Assembly (NCBI GenBank): GCA_045611705.1
Contig: JAZKXR010000007.1
Location: forward strand, 117,262-181,261
Reading direction: 5' to 3'
Length of the DNA: 64,000 nucleotides
Origin: Alphaproteobacteria bacterium
GTDB taxonomy: Bacteria; Pseudomonadota; Alphaproteobacteria; CAAHEQ01; UBA3637
In this document: piece after piece, positions 1 to 11,495 of the stretch
Numbering within the stretch: position 1 is the first letter of the stretch
Layout of the letters: each line of letters starts with the position of its first letter
The notes under the pieces: model-generated
Database searches by the model: none
What the model saw: only the letters and a program-made list of their open reading frames with translations
What the model was told of the DNA's origin: nothing
Position numbers and translations under genes: made by a program

Positions 1-1
1 T

Positions 2-271
2 ATCATTGTTCGTCCCGTTATTACGGAAAAAGCAATGAAATCTGCCGAAAACAATCAAGTGACTTTTGTTGTGCGTGGTGAAGCCACAAAAACACAAATC
101 AAAAAAGCCATTGAAGGTGTTTTTGGTGTAGAAGTAAAAGCAGTGAATACATTGAACCAAAAAGGAAAAGTTAAATTGTTCCGTGGTCAAAAAGGTGTTC
201 GCTCTGATGTGAAGAAAGCCATCGTTACTTTGGCCAAAGGTCAAACAATCGATGTGACAGCGGGGGTGTAA
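2..271 (+). CDS. rplW: 50S ribosomal protein L23, 5' truncated at the window edge
   Basis: The frame from nt 2 reads [11 protein letters not shown]..., a typical L23 N-terminal region. It sits upstream of rplB. Confidence 0.85.
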   Translation: MIVRPVITEKAMKSAENNQVTFVVRGEATKTQIKKAIEGVFGVEVKAVNTLNQKGKVKLFRGQKGVRSDVKKAIVTLAKGQTIDVTAGV

Positions 272-272
272 G

Positions 273-1100
273 ATGACATTGAAAACTTATAAACCGACAA
301 CAAAAACGACACGCCACTTGATTGGTATTGATCGTAGTGAATTGTACAAAGGTTCACCTGTTAAAACATTAGTGGAAGGTAAAACATCCACCGGTGGTCG
401 TAACAATCATGGTCATATTACTTCACGCCGTCGTGGCGGTGGTGCTAAAAAAGCCTATCGTTTAGTGGACTTTAAACGTCAAAAATTGGATATGACAGCC
501 GTTGTTGAACGTTTGGAATACGATCCAAACCGTACAGCTTTCATTGCTTTGGTTAAGTATGAAGATGGTACTCAATCCTATATTTTGGCTCCACAACGTT
601 TGGCCGCAGGCGATAAAGTGATTGCCGCTGCAACAGCCGATATCAAACCCGGTAACGCAATGCAATTAAAGAATATGCCTGTTGGTACAATTGTGCACAA
701 CATTGAAATGCAACCTGGTCGTGGTGGTCAATTGGCCCGTTCTGCCGGATGTTATGCTCAATTAATCGGTAAAGATGCCGGTTATGCACAAATCCGTTTA
801 AGCTCTGGCGAATTACGTTTAGTTCGTGCAGAATGTTTTGCAACCGTTGGTGCCGTTTCCAATGCGGATCATCAAAATACCACATTGGCGAAAGCCGGTC
901 GTGCCCGTTGGTTGGGTATTCGTCCGTCCGTCCGTGGTATTGCCATGAACCCTGTTGATCACCCGCACGGTGGTCGTACAAATGGTGGACGTAATCCTGT
1001 TTCACCGTGGGGATGGAAGACCAAAGGTAAGAAGACTCGTAATAACAAGCGGACGAATAACCTGATTGTGCGTTCTCGTCACGCTGTCAAGAAAGCTTAA
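273..1100 (+). CDS. rplB: 50S ribosomal protein L2
   Basis: 275 aa with GRNNHGHIT and HPHGGG motifs in the conserved S10-operon position. Confidence 0.95.
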   Translation: MTLKTYKPTTKTTRHLIGIDRSELYKGSPVKTLVEGKTSTGGRNNHGHITSRRRGGGAKKAYRLVDFKRQKLDMTAVVERLEYDPNRTAFIALVKYEDGTQSYILAPQRLAAGDKVIAAATADIKPGNAMQLKNMPVGTIVHNIEMQPGRGGQLARSAGCYAQLIGKDAGYAQIRLSSGELRLVRAECFATVGAVSNADHQNTTLAKAGRARWLGIRPSVRGIAMNPVDHPHGGRTNGGRNPVSPWGWKTKGKKTRNNKRTNNLIVRSRHAVKKA

Positions 1101-1112
1101 AAGGAGGCTTAA

Positions 1113-1394
1113 ATGACAAGATCTATATGGAAAGGACCGTTTGTTGATGCCGCTCTGTTGAAAAAAGCAGAGAAAGTCAAAGCATCCGGTCGTCATGAAC
1201 AAATCAAAACATGGTCCAGACGTTCCACAATTTTGCCCGATTTCGTGGGTTTGACTTTTACTGTTTACAATGGTCATAAGTTTATCCCCGTTTTGGTCAG
1301 CGAGAACATGATTGGACATAAATTTGGTGAATTTGCGCCGACAAGAACCTTCGCGGCTCATACTGCGGCAGATGCGAAAGCCAAAAAGGAGTAA
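1113..1394 (+). CDS. rpsS: 30S ribosomal protein S19
   Basis: 93 aa with the [10 protein letters not shown] start and conserved operon order. Confidence 0.95.
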   Translation: MTRSIWKGPFVDAALLKKAEKVKASGRHEQIKTWSRRSTILPDFVGLTFTVYNGHKFIPVLVSENMIGHKFGEFAPTRTFAAHTAADAKAKKE

Positions 1395-1397
1395 AAA

Positions 1398-1781
1398 ATG
1401 GTAGCAAATAAAAAACAAGTAAAAGCTGTTGCTCGGACAATTCGTATTTCTCCGCAAAAGCTGAATTTAGTGGCCGAAACCATTCGTGGTTTGAAAGTTG
1501 ACAAGGCTTTGGCTCAATTGACATTTTCACGCAAACGTGTGGCTGTTGATGTTAAAAAATTATTGACTGCTGCCATTGCCAATGCCGAAAATAATTTTGG
1601 TATGGATATTGATAACTTGGTCGTGGCTGAAGCTTATGTTGGTAAAGCTATGGTGATGAAACGTTGGCACGCTGCTGCCAAAGGTTCAGGTCATCGTATC
1701 TTGAAACCCTTTTCAAATTTGACCATCGTGGTTAAAGAAGCTGAAGCTAAAAAAGAAACAACTAAGAAGGAGGCAAAATAA
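1398..1781 (+). CDS. rplV: 50S ribosomal protein L22, with a Lys/Glu-rich C-terminal tail
   Basis: 127 aa placed between rpsS and rpsC. Confidence 0.9.
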   Translation: MVANKKQVKAVARTIRISPQKLNLVAETIRGLKVDKALAQLTFSRKRVAVDVKKLLTAAIANAENNFGMDIDNLVVAEAYVGKAMVMKRWHAAAKGSGHRILKPFSNLTIVVKEAEAKKETTKKEAK

Positions 1782-2452
1782 TGGGACAAAAAGTTAATCC
1801 GATTGGTTTGCGTTTAGGGGTGAACCGTACTTGGGATTCTCGTTGGTTTGCTGATGGGGATTATGCCGAATTGTTGTTGGCTGACCTTGAAATGCGTAAA
1901 TTCTTGGAAAAGAAATTGGCTGCTGCCGGTATCAGTCACATCGTGATTGAACGCCCGGCCAAAAAAGCCCGTGTGACAATTTATTGTGCACGTCCCGGCG
2001 TGATTATCGGTAAAAAAGGTCAAGACATTGAAACCTTGAAAAAGGAATTGACTAAAATGGCCGGTAATAATGAAGTCAGCGTCAATATCGTGGAAATTCG
2101 CAAACCCGAAACAGATGCAAAGTTAGTGGCTGAAAATGTGGCTCAACAGTTGGAAAAACGTATTTCCTTCCGTCGTGCTATGAAACGTGCCGTTCAATCC
2201 GCTTTGCGTCAAGGTGCAGAAGGTATCAAAATCAGCTGTGCCGGTCGTTTGGGTGGTGCTGAAATTGCCCGTACAGAATGGTATCACGAAGGTCGTGTGC
2301 CTTTGCATACATTGCGTGCGGATATTGACTATGGTCAAGCTACTGCGTTTACAACTTATGGTACTTGCGGTGTCAAAGTCTGGATTTACAAGGGTGAAAT
2401 TATGGCCCATGATCCGATGGCTCAAGACAAACGCTTGAACGAACAACGTTAA
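1781..2452 (+). CDS. rpsC: 30S ribosomal protein S3
   Basis: 223 aa with the [13 protein letters not shown] start. Confidence 0.95.
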   Translation: MGQKVNPIGLRLGVNRTWDSRWFADGDYAELLLADLEMRKFLEKKLAAAGISHIVIERPAKKARVTIYCARPGVIIGKKGQDIETLKKELTKMAGNNEVSVNIVEIRKPETDAKLVAENVAQQLEKRISFRRAMKRAVQSALRQGAEGIKISCAGRLGGAEIARTEWYHEGRVPLHTLRADIDYGQATAFTTYGTCGVKVWIYKGEIMAHDPMAQDKRLNEQR

Positions 2453-2464
2453 GGAGAATGTACA

Positions 2465-2887
2465 ATGTTACAACCTGCAAAAACTAAATATCGTAAAGCT
2501 TTTAAAGGCCGTATTCATGGTAAAGCCAAAAGTGGTGCTACTTTGGACAAGGGTACATTCGGTTTGAAGGCCGAAGAACCCTGCCGTATGACATCACGTC
2601 AAATTGAAGCGGCTCGTCGTGCCATTTCACACGCCATGAAACGTCAAGGTCGTATGTGGATTCGTGTTTTTCCGGATGTTCCTGTTTCCAAAAAACCGCC
2701 TGAAGTCCGTCAAGGTAAAGGTAAAGGTTCTGTGGAATACTGGATTTGTCGTGTAAAACCCGGTCGCATTTTGTTTGAATGTGATGGTGTCAGCGAAGCC
2801 GTGGCCCACGAAGCCATGACATTGGCCAGTGCTAAATTGCCGATTAAAACAAGATTTGTAGCCAGAACGGCTGATGAAGAGGTGTAA
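2465..2887 (+). CDS. rplP: 50S ribosomal protein L16
   Basis: 140 aa with the [11 protein letters not shown] start. Confidence 0.95.
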   Translation: MLQPAKTKYRKAFKGRIHGKAKSGATLDKGTFGLKAEEPCRMTSRQIEAARRAISHAMKRQGRMWIRVFPDVPVSKKPPEVRQGKGKGSVEYWICRVKPGRILFECDGVSEAVAHEAMTLASAKLPIKTRFVARTADEEV

Positions 2888-2888
2888 A

Positions 2889-3098
2889 ATGGAAAAATTT
2901 AAAACAATTAAAGCCAAGTCTGTTGAGGAATTAAAGGCTCAGGAACAGGCTTTACACAAAGAAGCCATGAACTTGCGTTTTCAACAAGCACAAGGGGCTT
3001 TGAAAAATACGGCACGTCGTCGTCAAATTCGTCGCGAAGTGGCCCGTATTAAAACCGCTATGGCTCAGGCCACAGCCTCAAAAAAGGAGAATAAATAA
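2889..3098 (+). CDS. rpmC: 50S ribosomal protein L29. The ORF-track start at 2874 is probably an extension, and the likely start is MEKFK
   Basis: L29-like KSVEELKAQ...LRFQ sequence, with a GAGGTG ribosome-binding site before the 2889 ATG. Confidence 0.85.
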   Translation: MEKFKTIKAKSVEELKAQEQALHKEAMNLRFQQAQGALKNTARRRQIRREVARIKTAMAQATASKKENK

Positions 3099-3328
3099 TG
3101 CCTAAGCGTATTTTACAAGGGGTCGTTGTCAGCGACAAAATGGACAAGTCTGTTGTTGTTCAGGTGGAACGCCGAGTAATGCATCCCGTGTATAAAAAGT
3201 ACATCAAGCGTTCGCAAAAATATACGGCGCATGATGAAAAAAATCTGCATAAAGTCGGTGACAATGTGCGGATTCAAGAGAGTCGACCCTTGTCCAGAAC
3301 AAAACGCTGGACAGTGGTTGAAGATTAA
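3098..3328 (+). CDS. rpsQ: 30S ribosomal protein S17
   Basis: 76 aa in the conserved position. Confidence 0.9.
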   Translation: MPKRILQGVVVSDKMDKSVVVQVERRVMHPVYKKYIKRSQKYTAHDEKNLHKVGDNVRIQESRPLSRTKRWTVVED

Positions 3329-3350
3329 CAACCTAAATGAAAGGTGAACT

Positions 3351-3719
3351 ATGATTCAGGTTGAAACAAATCTTGATGTAGCTGATAACTCCGGTGCCCG
3401 GAAAGTTCAGTGTATTAAGATTCTTGGCGCTGCCGGTCGTCGCTATGCTTCCGTCGGAGATGTGGTTATCGTTTCCGTCAAAGAAGCTGTGCCCCGTGGT
3501 AAAGTCAAGGAAGGTGAAGTGCAACGTGCATTGATCGTGCGTACGAAAAAAGAAATTCATCGTAAAGATGGTTCTGCAATTCGTTTTGATTCTAATGCCG
3601 CTGTGTTAGTCAGTAAAGATGGTGAGCCGATTGGAACACGTATCTTTGGTCCGGTGACACGTGAATTGCGTGCTGCTGGTTTTGTTAAAGTTATGTCTTT
3701 GGCTCCGGAGGTCTTATAA
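3351..3719 (+). CDS. rplN: 50S ribosomal protein L14
   Basis: 122 aa with the [16 protein letters not shown] start. Confidence 0.95.
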   Translation: MIQVETNLDVADNSGARKVQCIKILGAAGRRYASVGDVVIVSVKEAVPRGKVKEGEVQRALIVRTKKEIHRKDGSAIRFDSNAAVLVSKDGEPIGTRIFGPVTRELRAAGFVKVMSLAPEVL

Positions 3720-4039
3720 TGTTAAAGTTAAAATTAAAAAAGGGTGACAAAGTCATTGTTATTACTGGAAAAGACAAAGGTAAAACTGGCGAAATTACCA
3801 AAGTTTTGGTGAAAGAAAGCAAAGTTTTGGTTTCCGGTATCAACATGGTGAAACGTCATACAAAGCCAACACAAGAAAATGCCGGTGGCATCATTTCAAA
3901 AGAAATGCCCATCCATATTTCCAACGTGGCTTTCATTGATCCGAAAACATCCAAAGCAACCCGCTTGGGATTCAAAATGGACAAAGACGGACACAAAGTT
4001 CGTGTGGCCAAAAAATCCGGTGAAGTTGTGGATAAATAA
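3719..4039 (+). CDS. rplX: 50S ribosomal protein L24
   Basis: 106 aa with a KOW motif, [14 protein letters not shown]. Confidence 0.9.
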   Translation: MLKLKLKKGDKVIVITGKDKGKTGEITKVLVKESKVLVSGINMVKRHTKPTQENAGGIISKEMPIHISNVAFIDPKTSKATRLGFKMDKDGHKVRVAKKSGEVVDK

Positions 4040-4049
4040 GGAGGAATAA

Positions 4050-4601
4050 ATGGAAACAAGATTACACAAACAGTATGAAGAAGTCATTGTTCCTGCTTTG
4101 ATCAAGGAATTTGGCTATAAAAACAAAATGGAAGTTCCCAAATTGACAAAGATTGTCTTGAACATGGGTGTTGGTGAAGCAACCGAAGACAAAAAAGCCA
4201 TTGAGGGCGCTGTGAAGGATATGCAAGCGATTGCCGGTCAAAAACCCGTTATCACTCATTCCCGTAAATCCATTGCTTCTTTTAAATTGCGTGAAGGTAT
4301 GCCTGTTGGCTGTAAAGTGACCTTGCGTCGTGAAAAGATGTATGAATTTTTGGATCGTTTGATTACAACAGCTATGCCTCGTATTCGTGACTTCCGTGGT
4401 ATTTCCGATAAAAGCTTTGACGGTCATGGTAACTATGCCATGGGTATCAAAGAACAGATTATCTTTTTGGAAATCAATTATGATGCCGTGGATGCAATCC
4501 GTGGTATGGATATCGTGATTGGCACAACCGCCAAAACAGACAAAGAAGCAAAAGCTTTGTTGGCTGGTTTTGGTATGCCCTTTATGAAGGAAGGAAAATA
4601 A
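4050..4601 (+). CDS. rplE: 50S ribosomal protein L5
   Basis: 183 aa in the conserved position. Confidence 0.95.
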   Translation: METRLHKQYEEVIVPALIKEFGYKNKMEVPKLTKIVLNMGVGEATEDKKAIEGAVKDMQAIAGQKPVITHSRKSIASFKLREGMPVGCKVTLRREKMYEFLDRLITTAMPRIRDFRGISDKSFDGHGNYAMGIKEQIIFLEINYDAVDAIRGMDIVIGTTAKTDKEAKALLAGFGMPFMKEGK

Positions 4602-4603
4602 TC

Positions 4604-4909
4604 ATGGCAAAATTATGTCAAATTAATCGTAATAAAAAACGCGAAGCAATGGTTGCTAAATATGCAACAAAACGTGCTGCTTTGAAGGCCGTTATTGCCG
4701 ATAAGAATTCTTCTGCAGAAGAAGTTTTTGAAGCGACATTGAAACTCGCAAAATTGCCAAGGAACTCTTCCAAAGTTCGTGTTCACAACCGTTGTGAATT
4801 GACAGGTCGTTCCCATGGTTTTTACAGAAAATTAAAACTCAGCCGTATTCAACTGCGCAAACTGTCCAATGAGGCTCAGGTGCCCGGTATGAAAAAATCG
4901 AGCTGGTAA
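4604..4909 (+). CDS. rpsN: 30S ribosomal protein S14, long non-zinc form
   Basis: 101 aa ending ...[17 protein letters not shown]. Confidence 0.9.
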   Translation: MAKLCQINRNKKREAMVAKYATKRAALKAVIADKNSSAEEVFEATLKLAKLPRNSSKVRVHNRCELTGRSHGFYRKLKLSRIQLRKLSNEAQVPGMKKSSW

Positions 4910-4921
4910 GGAGAAGAAATT

Positions 4922-5320
4922 ATGTCTATGACAGATCCTTTAGGTGATATGCTGACCCGCCTGCGTAATGGTGGGATGGCTAATAAAGAAACCGTTACGG
5001 TTCCTGCTTCCAATTTGCGTGCCAGCGTTTTGGATGTTTTGAAACGTGAAGGTTACATTCGTGGCTATGAACGTGTCAATGTTCGTAAAAACATTGATGA
5101 ATTCAAAGTTGAATTGAAATACTATGACAATCAGCCGGTTATCAAGGAAATCCAACGCGTTTCCACACCGGGTCGTCGTGTGTATTCCAAAGTGAAAGAT
5201 TTGCCCAAATTTTATAATGGATTGGGAATCTATGTTTTATCAACCCCGTCAGGTGTTATGTCTGACCATGAAGCTCGTCAAGCCAATTTGGGTGGCGAAG
5301 TTTTGTGCAAAGTGTTTTAA
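4922..5320 (+). CDS. rpsH: 30S ribosomal protein S8
   Basis: 132 aa with the MSMTDPLGDMLTRLRNG start. Confidence 0.95.
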   Translation: MSMTDPLGDMLTRLRNGGMANKETVTVPASNLRASVLDVLKREGYIRGYERVNVRKNIDEFKVELKYYDNQPVIKEIQRVSTPGRRVYSKVKDLPKFYNGLGIYVLSTPSGVMSDHEARQANLGGEVLCKVF

Positions 5321-5332
5321 GGAGGTTTTAAG

Positions 5333-5866
5333 ATGTCTAAAATTGGAAAACATCCTGTGGTTGTACCGGCTGGTGTAACTGCCACTTTGTCAGATAATGA
5401 AATCACCATCAACGGAAAGTTGGGGACATTGAAAACACACATTTTATCGGGTGTTTCTGTGGAAGCCAGCGAAGGTTTGTTGACTGTTAAACCATTGCAT
5501 GAAACAAAACAATCTCATGCGGCTTGGGGTACAATGCGTGCCAATATTGCCAACATGATTAAAGGTGTTACAGAGGGATTCTCTCGTAAAATGGAATTAA
5601 TCGGTGTTGGTTACCGCGCTCAAGTATCAGGTCAAAAATTAAAGTTGACATTAGGCTTTTCTCATGATATAAATTATGAGTTGCCCGAAGGGGTGAAGGC
5701 CGTTGTGACGGATCAAACAAAATTGGAATTGACCAGTGCCGATAAACAATTGGTGGGTCAAGTTGCCGCTGAGATTCGTTCTTATCGTAAGCCTGAACCT
5801 TACAAGGGTAAAGGTGTGAAATATGCGGAAGAAACAATCTTGCGCAAAGAAGGTAAAAAGAAATAA
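5333..5866 (+). CDS. rplF: 50S ribosomal protein L6
   Basis: 177 aa in the conserved position. Confidence 0.95.
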   Translation: MSKIGKHPVVVPAGVTATLSDNEITINGKLGTLKTHILSGVSVEASEGLLTVKPLHETKQSHAAWGTMRANIANMIKGVTEGFSRKMELIGVGYRAQVSGQKLKLTLGFSHDINYELPEGVKAVVTDQTKLELTSADKQLVGQVAAEIRSYRKPEPYKGKGVKYAEETILRKEGKKK

Positions 5867-5878
5867 GGAAGTAAGACA

Positions 5879-6229
5879 ATGGAAAAAATTACTGCATTTG
5901 AACGTCGTAAAAATCGTGTCCGTTTTGCAATTAAGCAAAAAGGCAGCGGTCGTATACGTCTGTGTGTCAATCGTTCCGAACGCCATATTGAGGCACAATT
6001 GATTGATGATAAAAAAGCTATTACATTGGCTGCTGCTTCCTCAAAGGAAAAAGATTTTAAAGCCAAAGGTTCAACAGTTGAAGGTGCCAAATTGATCGGC
6101 CAAATGATTGCTGAACGTGCTTTAAAAGCTGAAGTAAAAGAAGTTGTCTTTGATCGTGGTGCCTTTAAATTCCATGGCCGTATTAAGGCTTTGGCTGAGG
6201 CTGCACGCGAAGCAGGTTTATCTTTCTAA
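5879..6229 (+). CDS. rplR: 50S ribosomal protein L18
   Basis: 116 aa in the conserved position. Confidence 0.9.
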   Translation: MEKITAFERRKNRVRFAIKQKGSGRIRLCVNRSERHIEAQLIDDKKAITLAAASSKEKDFKAKGSTVEGAKLIGQMIAERALKAEVKEVVFDRGAFKFHGRIKALAEAAREAGLSF

Positions 6230-6238
6230 GGAGTTGAC

Positions 6239-6865
6239 ATGACAGAAGAAAAAATCGAACAAGCCGCTCAAACAGCTGAAAAAGAAGTTGTTGCTAAGGC
6301 TGAAAAATCAGAGAAAAAACGTGCACCGCGTAAACGCGAAAACCGTGAAGATAAACCGATGGATGAATTCATTGATCGTGTTGTTCACATCAATCGTGTT
6401 TCCAAAACAGTGAAGGGCGGACGCAATATGTCTTTTGCCGCTTTGGCTGTGGTTGGTGATAAAAAAGGCCGTATTGGTTTTGCCCATGCAAAAGCCAAGG
6501 AAGTGCCTGATGCTATTAAAAAAGCCACAGAATTGGCACGTCGTAAATTGGTTCGTGTACCTTTGAAAGAAGGTCGTACATTGCATCACGATATGTATGG
6601 ACATTTTGGTTCCGGTAAAGTGATTTTGCGTACAGCTCCGGCTGGTACGGGTATCATTGCCGGTGGTCCGATGCGTGCTGTTTTTGAAGTGTTGGGTATT
6701 CAGGACGTGGTTGCCAAGTGTACAGGTTCATCCAATCCTCATAACATGATTCGTGCGACTTTTAAAGCTTTGTTGGATGAAGCTGCTCCACGCCATGTGG
6801 CTGCTCGTCGTGGCAAAAAGGTCAGTGAAATTGTTGGCCATCGTGAAGAAACAGTGGCTGAATAA
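6239..6865 (+). CDS. rpsE: 30S ribosomal protein S5 with an acidic/Lys-rich N-terminal extension
   Basis: 208 aa with an S5 core ([13 protein letters not shown] ... [13 protein letters not shown]). Confidence 0.95.
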   Translation: MTEEKIEQAAQTAEKEVVAKAEKSEKKRAPRKRENREDKPMDEFIDRVVHINRVSKTVKGGRNMSFAALAVVGDKKGRIGFAHAKAKEVPDAIKKATELARRKLVRVPLKEGRTLHHDMYGHFGSGKVILRTAPAGTGIIAGGPMRAVFEVLGIQDVVAKCTGSSNPHNMIRATFKALLDEAAPRHVAARRGKKVSEIVGHREETVAE

Positions 6866-6876
6866 GGAGAATCAAA

Positions 6877-7413
6877 ATGAAATTAAATGAAATTCGTGAT
6901 AATAAGGGCGCCCGCAAATCTTTAATGCGTGTTGCCCGTGGTTATGGTTCCGGTAAAGGACGTACAGGTGGTCGCGGTATCAAAGGTCAGAAATCCCGTA
7001 CAGGTGTTTCTATCAATGCCTTTGAAGGTGGTCAAATGCCCGTTTATCGCCGTTTGCCAAAACGCGGTTTTGTGAATATTTTCCGTAAATCCTTTTCTGA
7101 AATCAACTTGGGTGATTTGCAAAAAGCCATTGACAATAAAGTGTTAAAGGCTGATGCCGAAATCAACGAAGTGGTTTTGATGGAAGCGGGAATGATTAAG
7201 AAAGTCAAAGATGGTGTTCGTTTGTTGGGTAAAGGCGAATTGAAAACCAAATTGACAATCAAAGTCGTTGGTGCTACAAAATCTGCTATTGAAGCTGTTG
7301 AAAAGCTGGGTGGCAGTGTGATTGTGAATCCAATCAAAAAGACGGTTTTGGAAAAAGGAAAGAAAACTTCCAAAAAAGAACCGGCTAAAAAAACAACAAA
7401 AAAAACAAAATAA
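6877..7413 (+). CDS. rplO: 50S ribosomal protein L15 with a Lys-rich C-terminal tail. It follows rpsE directly, with no rpmD
   Basis: 178 aa with a [17 protein letters not shown] motif. Confidence 0.9.
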   Translation: MKLNEIRDNKGARKSLMRVARGYGSGKGRTGGRGIKGQKSRTGVSINAFEGGQMPVYRRLPKRGFVNIFRKSFSEINLGDLQKAIDNKVLKADAEINEVVLMEAGMIKKVKDGVRLLGKGELKTKLTIKVVGATKSAIEAVEKLGGSVIVNPIKKTVLEKGKKTSKKEPAKKTTKKTK

Positions 7414-7433
7414 TTGAAAGGGGAGAGTGAGTT

Positions 7434-8765
7434 ATGGTTTCAATGTCAGAAAAAATGGCAAAAGGTGTGAATTTTTCGGCTTTTTCAAAGGCAACGGATT
7501 TGCACAAGAGGTTGTGGTTCACTCTCCTCGCAATTATTGTTTTTCGTTTGGGGACATATATTCCTTTTCCGGGAATTAACCCCAGCGTTTTGAACGAGTT
7601 TTTTAATGAAAATCAGAGCGGTTTGATCGGTATGTTTAACGCCTTTACAGGTGGTGCTTTATCTCGTATGTCCATTTTTGCTCTGAATATTATGCCGTAT
7701 ATTTCGGCCAGTATTATTATCCAGTTGGCAGCCAGTATTTTCCCAAGCTTGATTGCTTTGAAAAAAGAAGGGGAAGTCGGGATGCGTAAAATGCAACAAT
7801 ATACCCGTGTTTTGACCATTTTAATTACGGTTGTTCAGGCTTATTTTATGGCCTTGGCTTTGGAACGCGGAAATGCGGTGATTATGTCTAATTATTGGTT
7901 ATTTGAACTTTCAACAATTTTTTCTTTGTTGGGTGGAACGATGTTTGTCGTATGGTTAGGCGAACAAATGACCGCTCGAGGTGTTGGTAATGGTACATCT
8001 ATTTTGATTATGGTGGGTATCGTTGCGAATATTCCGATGGCTTTGATGCGTATTTTAGTGGATAGCAAAGAAGGAGCTTTGTCCGGTATGGCTGTAATGG
8101 GAATTTTGGCGATGATTTTTGCGATTATCTATTTGGTGGTTTTATTTGAAACTGCTCAACGCCGTATTGTGATTCAATATCCCAAACATCAAATGGGTGG
8201 TCGTGTAGTGCAGGGCGTTAGCTCTCATTTGCCCTTGAAGATTAATCCGACCGGTGTAATGCCTCCAATTTTTGCCAGTGCTTTGTTGGCTATTCCTGTA
8301 GGACTTGTTCAGTATTTTTCAAAAACAAGCGACAATGACACTTTAAATAAGACAGCAATGTTGTTGACACCGGGGCAATGGGTTTATGTTGTAAGTTTTG
8401 CTGTATTAATTATTTTCTTTACATTTTTTTACACAGGGGTTCAATCAAATCCGAAAGAAACAGCCGAAAACCTGAAACGCCAAGGTGGTTTTGTGGCAGG
8501 TATTCGTCCTGGTGAAAATACAGCCAAATATTTGGATTATGTGATTACACGTTTGACGGTTTTGGCGGCGATTTATTTAACATTCTTGTGTATTTTTCCT
8601 GAATTTTTGATTGCTACGTTTAAGATACCCTTCTTCTTGGGCGGAACAACATTGATGATTGTGGTTTCGGTTATTTTGGAAACATTTAATCAAACACAAT
8701 CACATTTATTGGCTTATCAATACGAAGGTTTAATTAAAAAAGCGAAATTAAGGGGGCGCTTTTAA
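7434..8765 (+). CDS. secY: Preprotein translocase subunit SecY
   Basis: 443 aa with about 10 TM segments and the conserved position after rplO. Confidence 0.95.
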   Translation: MVSMSEKMAKGVNFSAFSKATDLHKRLWFTLLAIIVFRLGTYIPFPGINPSVLNEFFNENQSGLIGMFNAFTGGALSRMSIFALNIMPYISASIIIQLAASIFPSLIALKKEGEVGMRKMQQYTRVLTILITVVQAYFMALALERGNAVIMSNYWLFELSTIFSLLGGTMFVVWLGEQMTARGVGNGTSILIMVGIVANIPMALMRILVDSKEGALSGMAVMGILAMIFAIIYLVVLFETAQRRIVIQYPKHQMGGRVVQGVSSHLPLKINPTGVMPPIFASALLAIPVGLVQYFSKTSDNDTLNKTAMLLTPGQWVYVVSFAVLIIFFTFFYTGVQSNPKETAENLKRQGGFVAGIRPGENTAKYLDYVITRLTVLAAIYLTFLCIFPEFLIATFKIPFFLGGTTLMIVVSVILETFNQTQSHLLAYQYEGLIKKAKLRGRF

Positions 8766-9445
8766 TGACAGCAAAAGCTTACAAACATATAATTATGGTT
8801 GGTCCTCCCGGTTCAGGGAAGGGGACTCAGGCCGCTATTTTGGCAGAAAAATTACAAATTACAACGATATCAGCTGGTGAGTTGTTGCGTGCTGAAGCTC
8901 GTACGGGATCAGAATTGGGTAAACAAATTGCTGCTCGTATTGATTTTGGCAAGATGGTTCCGCCAGAAATTATCGTGCGTGCTATGTTACAGGAAATTTC
9001 CAAACCTGAAAATAGTGCAGGCTATATTATGGACGGTTTTCCTCGTTCCATGGAACAGGTAGGATTGTTTGATGAAGCCATTTCGAAAGAACCGTATAGT
9101 CAACAAAATTTACAACCGGACTTGGTGTTATTATTGCAGGTTCCGGATGAATATATTTATGATCGCATTTTGGGACGCAGTCAATGTAAAAATTGCGGCG
9201 AAATGTATCATGAAAAGTTTAAAACGCCAAAGGTGTTCGGTGTTTGCGATCGCTGTGGCGCAAAAGAATTTACAAAACGGGCAGATGACACCTATGAAAC
9301 GGTGGTATCTAGACTCTGCACATACCGTTCTGTAACAGCTCCCATTATACCATACTACGAAGAAAAGGGGCTATTAAAGTGCATTGATGGGACGGGACCT
9401 ATCAGTGTTGTGAGTGAAAAAATCAGAAAGGTAGTAGGCTATTAA
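8765..9445 (+). CDS. adk: Adenylate kinase with a Cys4 zinc LID
   Basis: P-loop GPPGSGKGTQ and a LID carrying CKNCGEMYH...CDRCG. Confidence 0.95.
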   Translation: MTAKAYKHIIMVGPPGSGKGTQAAILAEKLQITTISAGELLRAEARTGSELGKQIAARIDFGKMVPPEIIVRAMLQEISKPENSAGYIMDGFPRSMEQVGLFDEAISKEPYSQQNLQPDLVLLLQVPDEYIYDRILGRSQCKNCGEMYHEKFKTPKVFGVCDRCGAKEFTKRADDTYETVVSRLCTYRSVTAPIIPYYEEKGLLKCIDGTGPISVVSEKIRKVVGY

Positions 9446-9452
9446 TTTTATC

Positions 9453-9481
9453 TTGACAAACAACGAAAATTAGAGTATAAT
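9453..9481 (+). promoter_or_regulatory. Consensus sigma70 promoter (TTGACA-17-TATAAT) for rpsM-rpsK-rpoA-rplQ
   Basis: TTGACA at 9453-9458 and TATAAT at 9476-9481 with exactly a 17-nt spacer, about 80 nt upstream of rpsM. Confidence 0.7.
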
Positions 9482-9560
9482 TCCCAATCGTTGGTTGCAA
9501 GCATTGGCCAAAAGGCATAAAATGGCTTGTTATTTTTTATAATTTAATGGAGAATGAACC

Positions 9561-9938
9561 TTGGCTCGTATTGCTGGTGTAAATATTCCGACAAACAAAT
9601 TGGTAAATATCGGTTTGACCTATATTTACGGTATTGGTCGGAAAACTGCAGATGAAATCTGCAAAAAAGCAGGAATTCCTGCAACTCGTCGTGTGAATGA
9701 TTTAACAGATGCGGAAACCTTAAAGTTACGCGAAATCATTGATGCTGAATATCAGGTGGAAGGGGACTTACGTCGTGAAGTTTCTATGAATATCAAACGC
9801 TTGGTGGATTTGGGATGCTATCGTGGTTTGCGTCACCGTAAGAAATTGCCGGTGCGTGGACAACGTACACATACAAATGCCCGTACTCGTAAGGGTAAAG
9901 CGATTGCTATTGCCGGTAAGAAAAAAGTGACGAAGTAA
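9561..9938 (+). CDS. rpsM: 30S ribosomal protein S13, with a TTG start
   Basis: 125 aa starting (M)ARIAGVNIP. Confidence 0.93.
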   Translation: MARIAGVNIPTNKLVNIGLTYIYGIGRKTADEICKKAGIPATRRVNDLTDAETLKLREIIDAEYQVEGDLRREVSMNIKRLVDLGCYRGLRHRKKLPVRGQRTHTNARTRKGKAIAIAGKKKVTK

Positions 9939-9951
9939 GTAGGAGTTAGTT

Positions 9952-10341
9952 ATGGCTGAAACAAAGAAAACAAAAGTGCGTGTGAAAAAAGTATCTGCCG
10001 TCAATGGTGTTGCACACGTTAATTCAACATTTAATAATACTTTGGTAACAATTACGGATACTCATGGAAATACCGTTTCATGGTCCACATGTGGTTTGAA
10101 GGGCTTTAAAGGTTCCCGTAAATCCACACCGTATGCGGCTCAAATGGCTGCTGATGACGCTGCTCGTAAAGCTGTTGAACGCGGAATGAAATCTGTGGAT
10201 GTTTTGGTGATGGGTCCCGGTTCTGGTCGTGAATCCGCTTTGCGTGCATTTAACGCCGCCGGTTTAGTTGTCACGTCTATTAAGGATATCACAGGCGTAC
10301 CCCATAACGGATGTCGTGCCCGTAAACGTCGTCGTGTGTAA
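9952..10341 (+). CDS. rpsK: 30S ribosomal protein S11
   Basis: 129 aa in the conserved position. Confidence 0.95.
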   Translation: MAETKKTKVRVKKVSAVNGVAHVNSTFNNTLVTITDTHGNTVSWSTCGLKGFKGSRKSTPYAAQMAADDAARKAVERGMKSVDVLVMGPGSGRESALRAFNAAGLVVTSIKDITGVPHNGCRARKRRRV

Positions 10342-10363
10342 TCTTTAACAAAAGGAAAAGACA

Positions 10364-11380
10364 ATGATGATTCAAAAGAATTGGCAAGAATTGATTAAGC
10401 CCGCCAAACAAGGTGTGGAACAAATTATTCCCGGTTATAAAGCAACTTTAACAATTGAACCTTTGGAAAGAGGTTTTGGTTTGACATTGGGTAATGCTTT
10501 GCGCCGTGTGTTGTTGTCTTCATTACAAGGTGGTGCTGTCAAAGCCATTAAGATTGCCGGTGTTCAACACGAATTTTCATCCATTGCGGGTGTTCGTGAA
10601 GATGTTACCGAAATTATCTTGAACATTAAGTCTTTGGCTTTGCGTGTTGACGCTTCGGAAGATCAACGTTTAACATTAAAAGCACAAGGTCCTTGTGTGG
10701 TGAAAGCCAAAGATATTACAGTGAATCATGCTGTAGAAGTGATGAATCCTGAATTAGTGATTTGCACTTTGGATAAAGATGCTACTTTGGAAATGGAATT
10801 ATTGGTTGGTACAGGTAAAGGTTATTATACCGCTGCCCAAAACCGTCCCGAAGAATGCCCGATTGGTTTGTTGCCGATTGATTCAATTTATTCACCGGTC
10901 AAATCTGTTGTCTATAATGTTGAAAATGCCCGTGTGGGTCAACAAACAGACTATGATAAATTGACAATGACCGTTGAAACAAATGGTGTTATTTCTCCAG
11001 AAGATGCCGTGGCTTTGTCCGCCCGTATCTTACAAGAACAGCTCAAACCATTTGTGACATTTGAAGAACCGGCCGAAGAAACTTTGGAAGAAAAGATTGC
11101 TGATTTGCCGTTCAATCAAAACTTGTTGCGTAAAGTGGACGATATGGAATTGTCTGTCCGTTCTGCCAACTGTTTGAAAAACGACAATTTGCGTTACATT
11201 GGTGATTTGGTACAAAAAACTGAATCTGAAATGTTGCGTACACCAAACTTTGGTCGCAAGTCTTTGAACGAAATCAAAGAATTGTTGGCTGTTTATGATT
11301 TGCATTTGGGTATGCAAATTGAAAACTGGCCGCCTGAAAATTTGGAAGAATTGGCAAATTCTGTCAGTTTTGAGGACTAA
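10364..11380 (+). CDS. rpoA: DNA-directed RNA polymerase alpha subunit
   Basis: 338 aa with N-terminal-domain and C-terminal-domain motifs (…[14 protein letters not shown]…). Confidence 0.95.
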   Translation: MMIQKNWQELIKPAKQGVEQIIPGYKATLTIEPLERGFGLTLGNALRRVLLSSLQGGAVKAIKIAGVQHEFSSIAGVREDVTEIILNIKSLALRVDASEDQRLTLKAQGPCVVKAKDITVNHAVEVMNPELVICTLDKDATLEMELLVGTGKGYYTAAQNRPEECPIGLLPIDSIYSPVKSVVYNVENARVGQQTDYDKLTMTVETNGVISPEDAVALSARILQEQLKPFVTFEEPAEETLEEKIADLPFNQNLLRKVDDMELSVRSANCLKNDNLRYIGDLVQKTESEMLRTPNFGRKSLNEIKELLAVYDLHLGMQIENWPPENLEELANSVSFED

Positions 11381-11387
11381 AAAAATC

Positions 11388-11408
11388 GCCCGAGGGGTCT
11401 CGGGCGTC
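11388..11408 (+). promoter_or_regulatory. GC-rich hairpin (CGCCCGAG-GGGT-CTCGGGCG) in the rpoA-rplQ spacer, a possible attenuator or processing site
   Basis: Perfect 8-bp stem immediately after the rpoA stop. No strong T-run follows. Confidence 0.35.
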
Positions 11409-11495
11409 TGTCCTTTGCACGCGTGACGGCGGGTGGAAGGAACAGCAATGAAATCCGCTTTGCCCAGCAAAGCACTTTAACGAAAGGAAAGAAAA

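Noticed and set aside
462-7373. Numerous 60-150 aa antisense or alternate-frame ORFs inside the ribosomal protein genes, for example 462-665, 643-1005, 1002-1457, 2123-2446 and 5651-5998
   Set aside because: They lie fully inside highly conserved ribosomal genes on the opposite strand or in another frame. They have no ribosome-binding sites and are frame-shadow artefacts.
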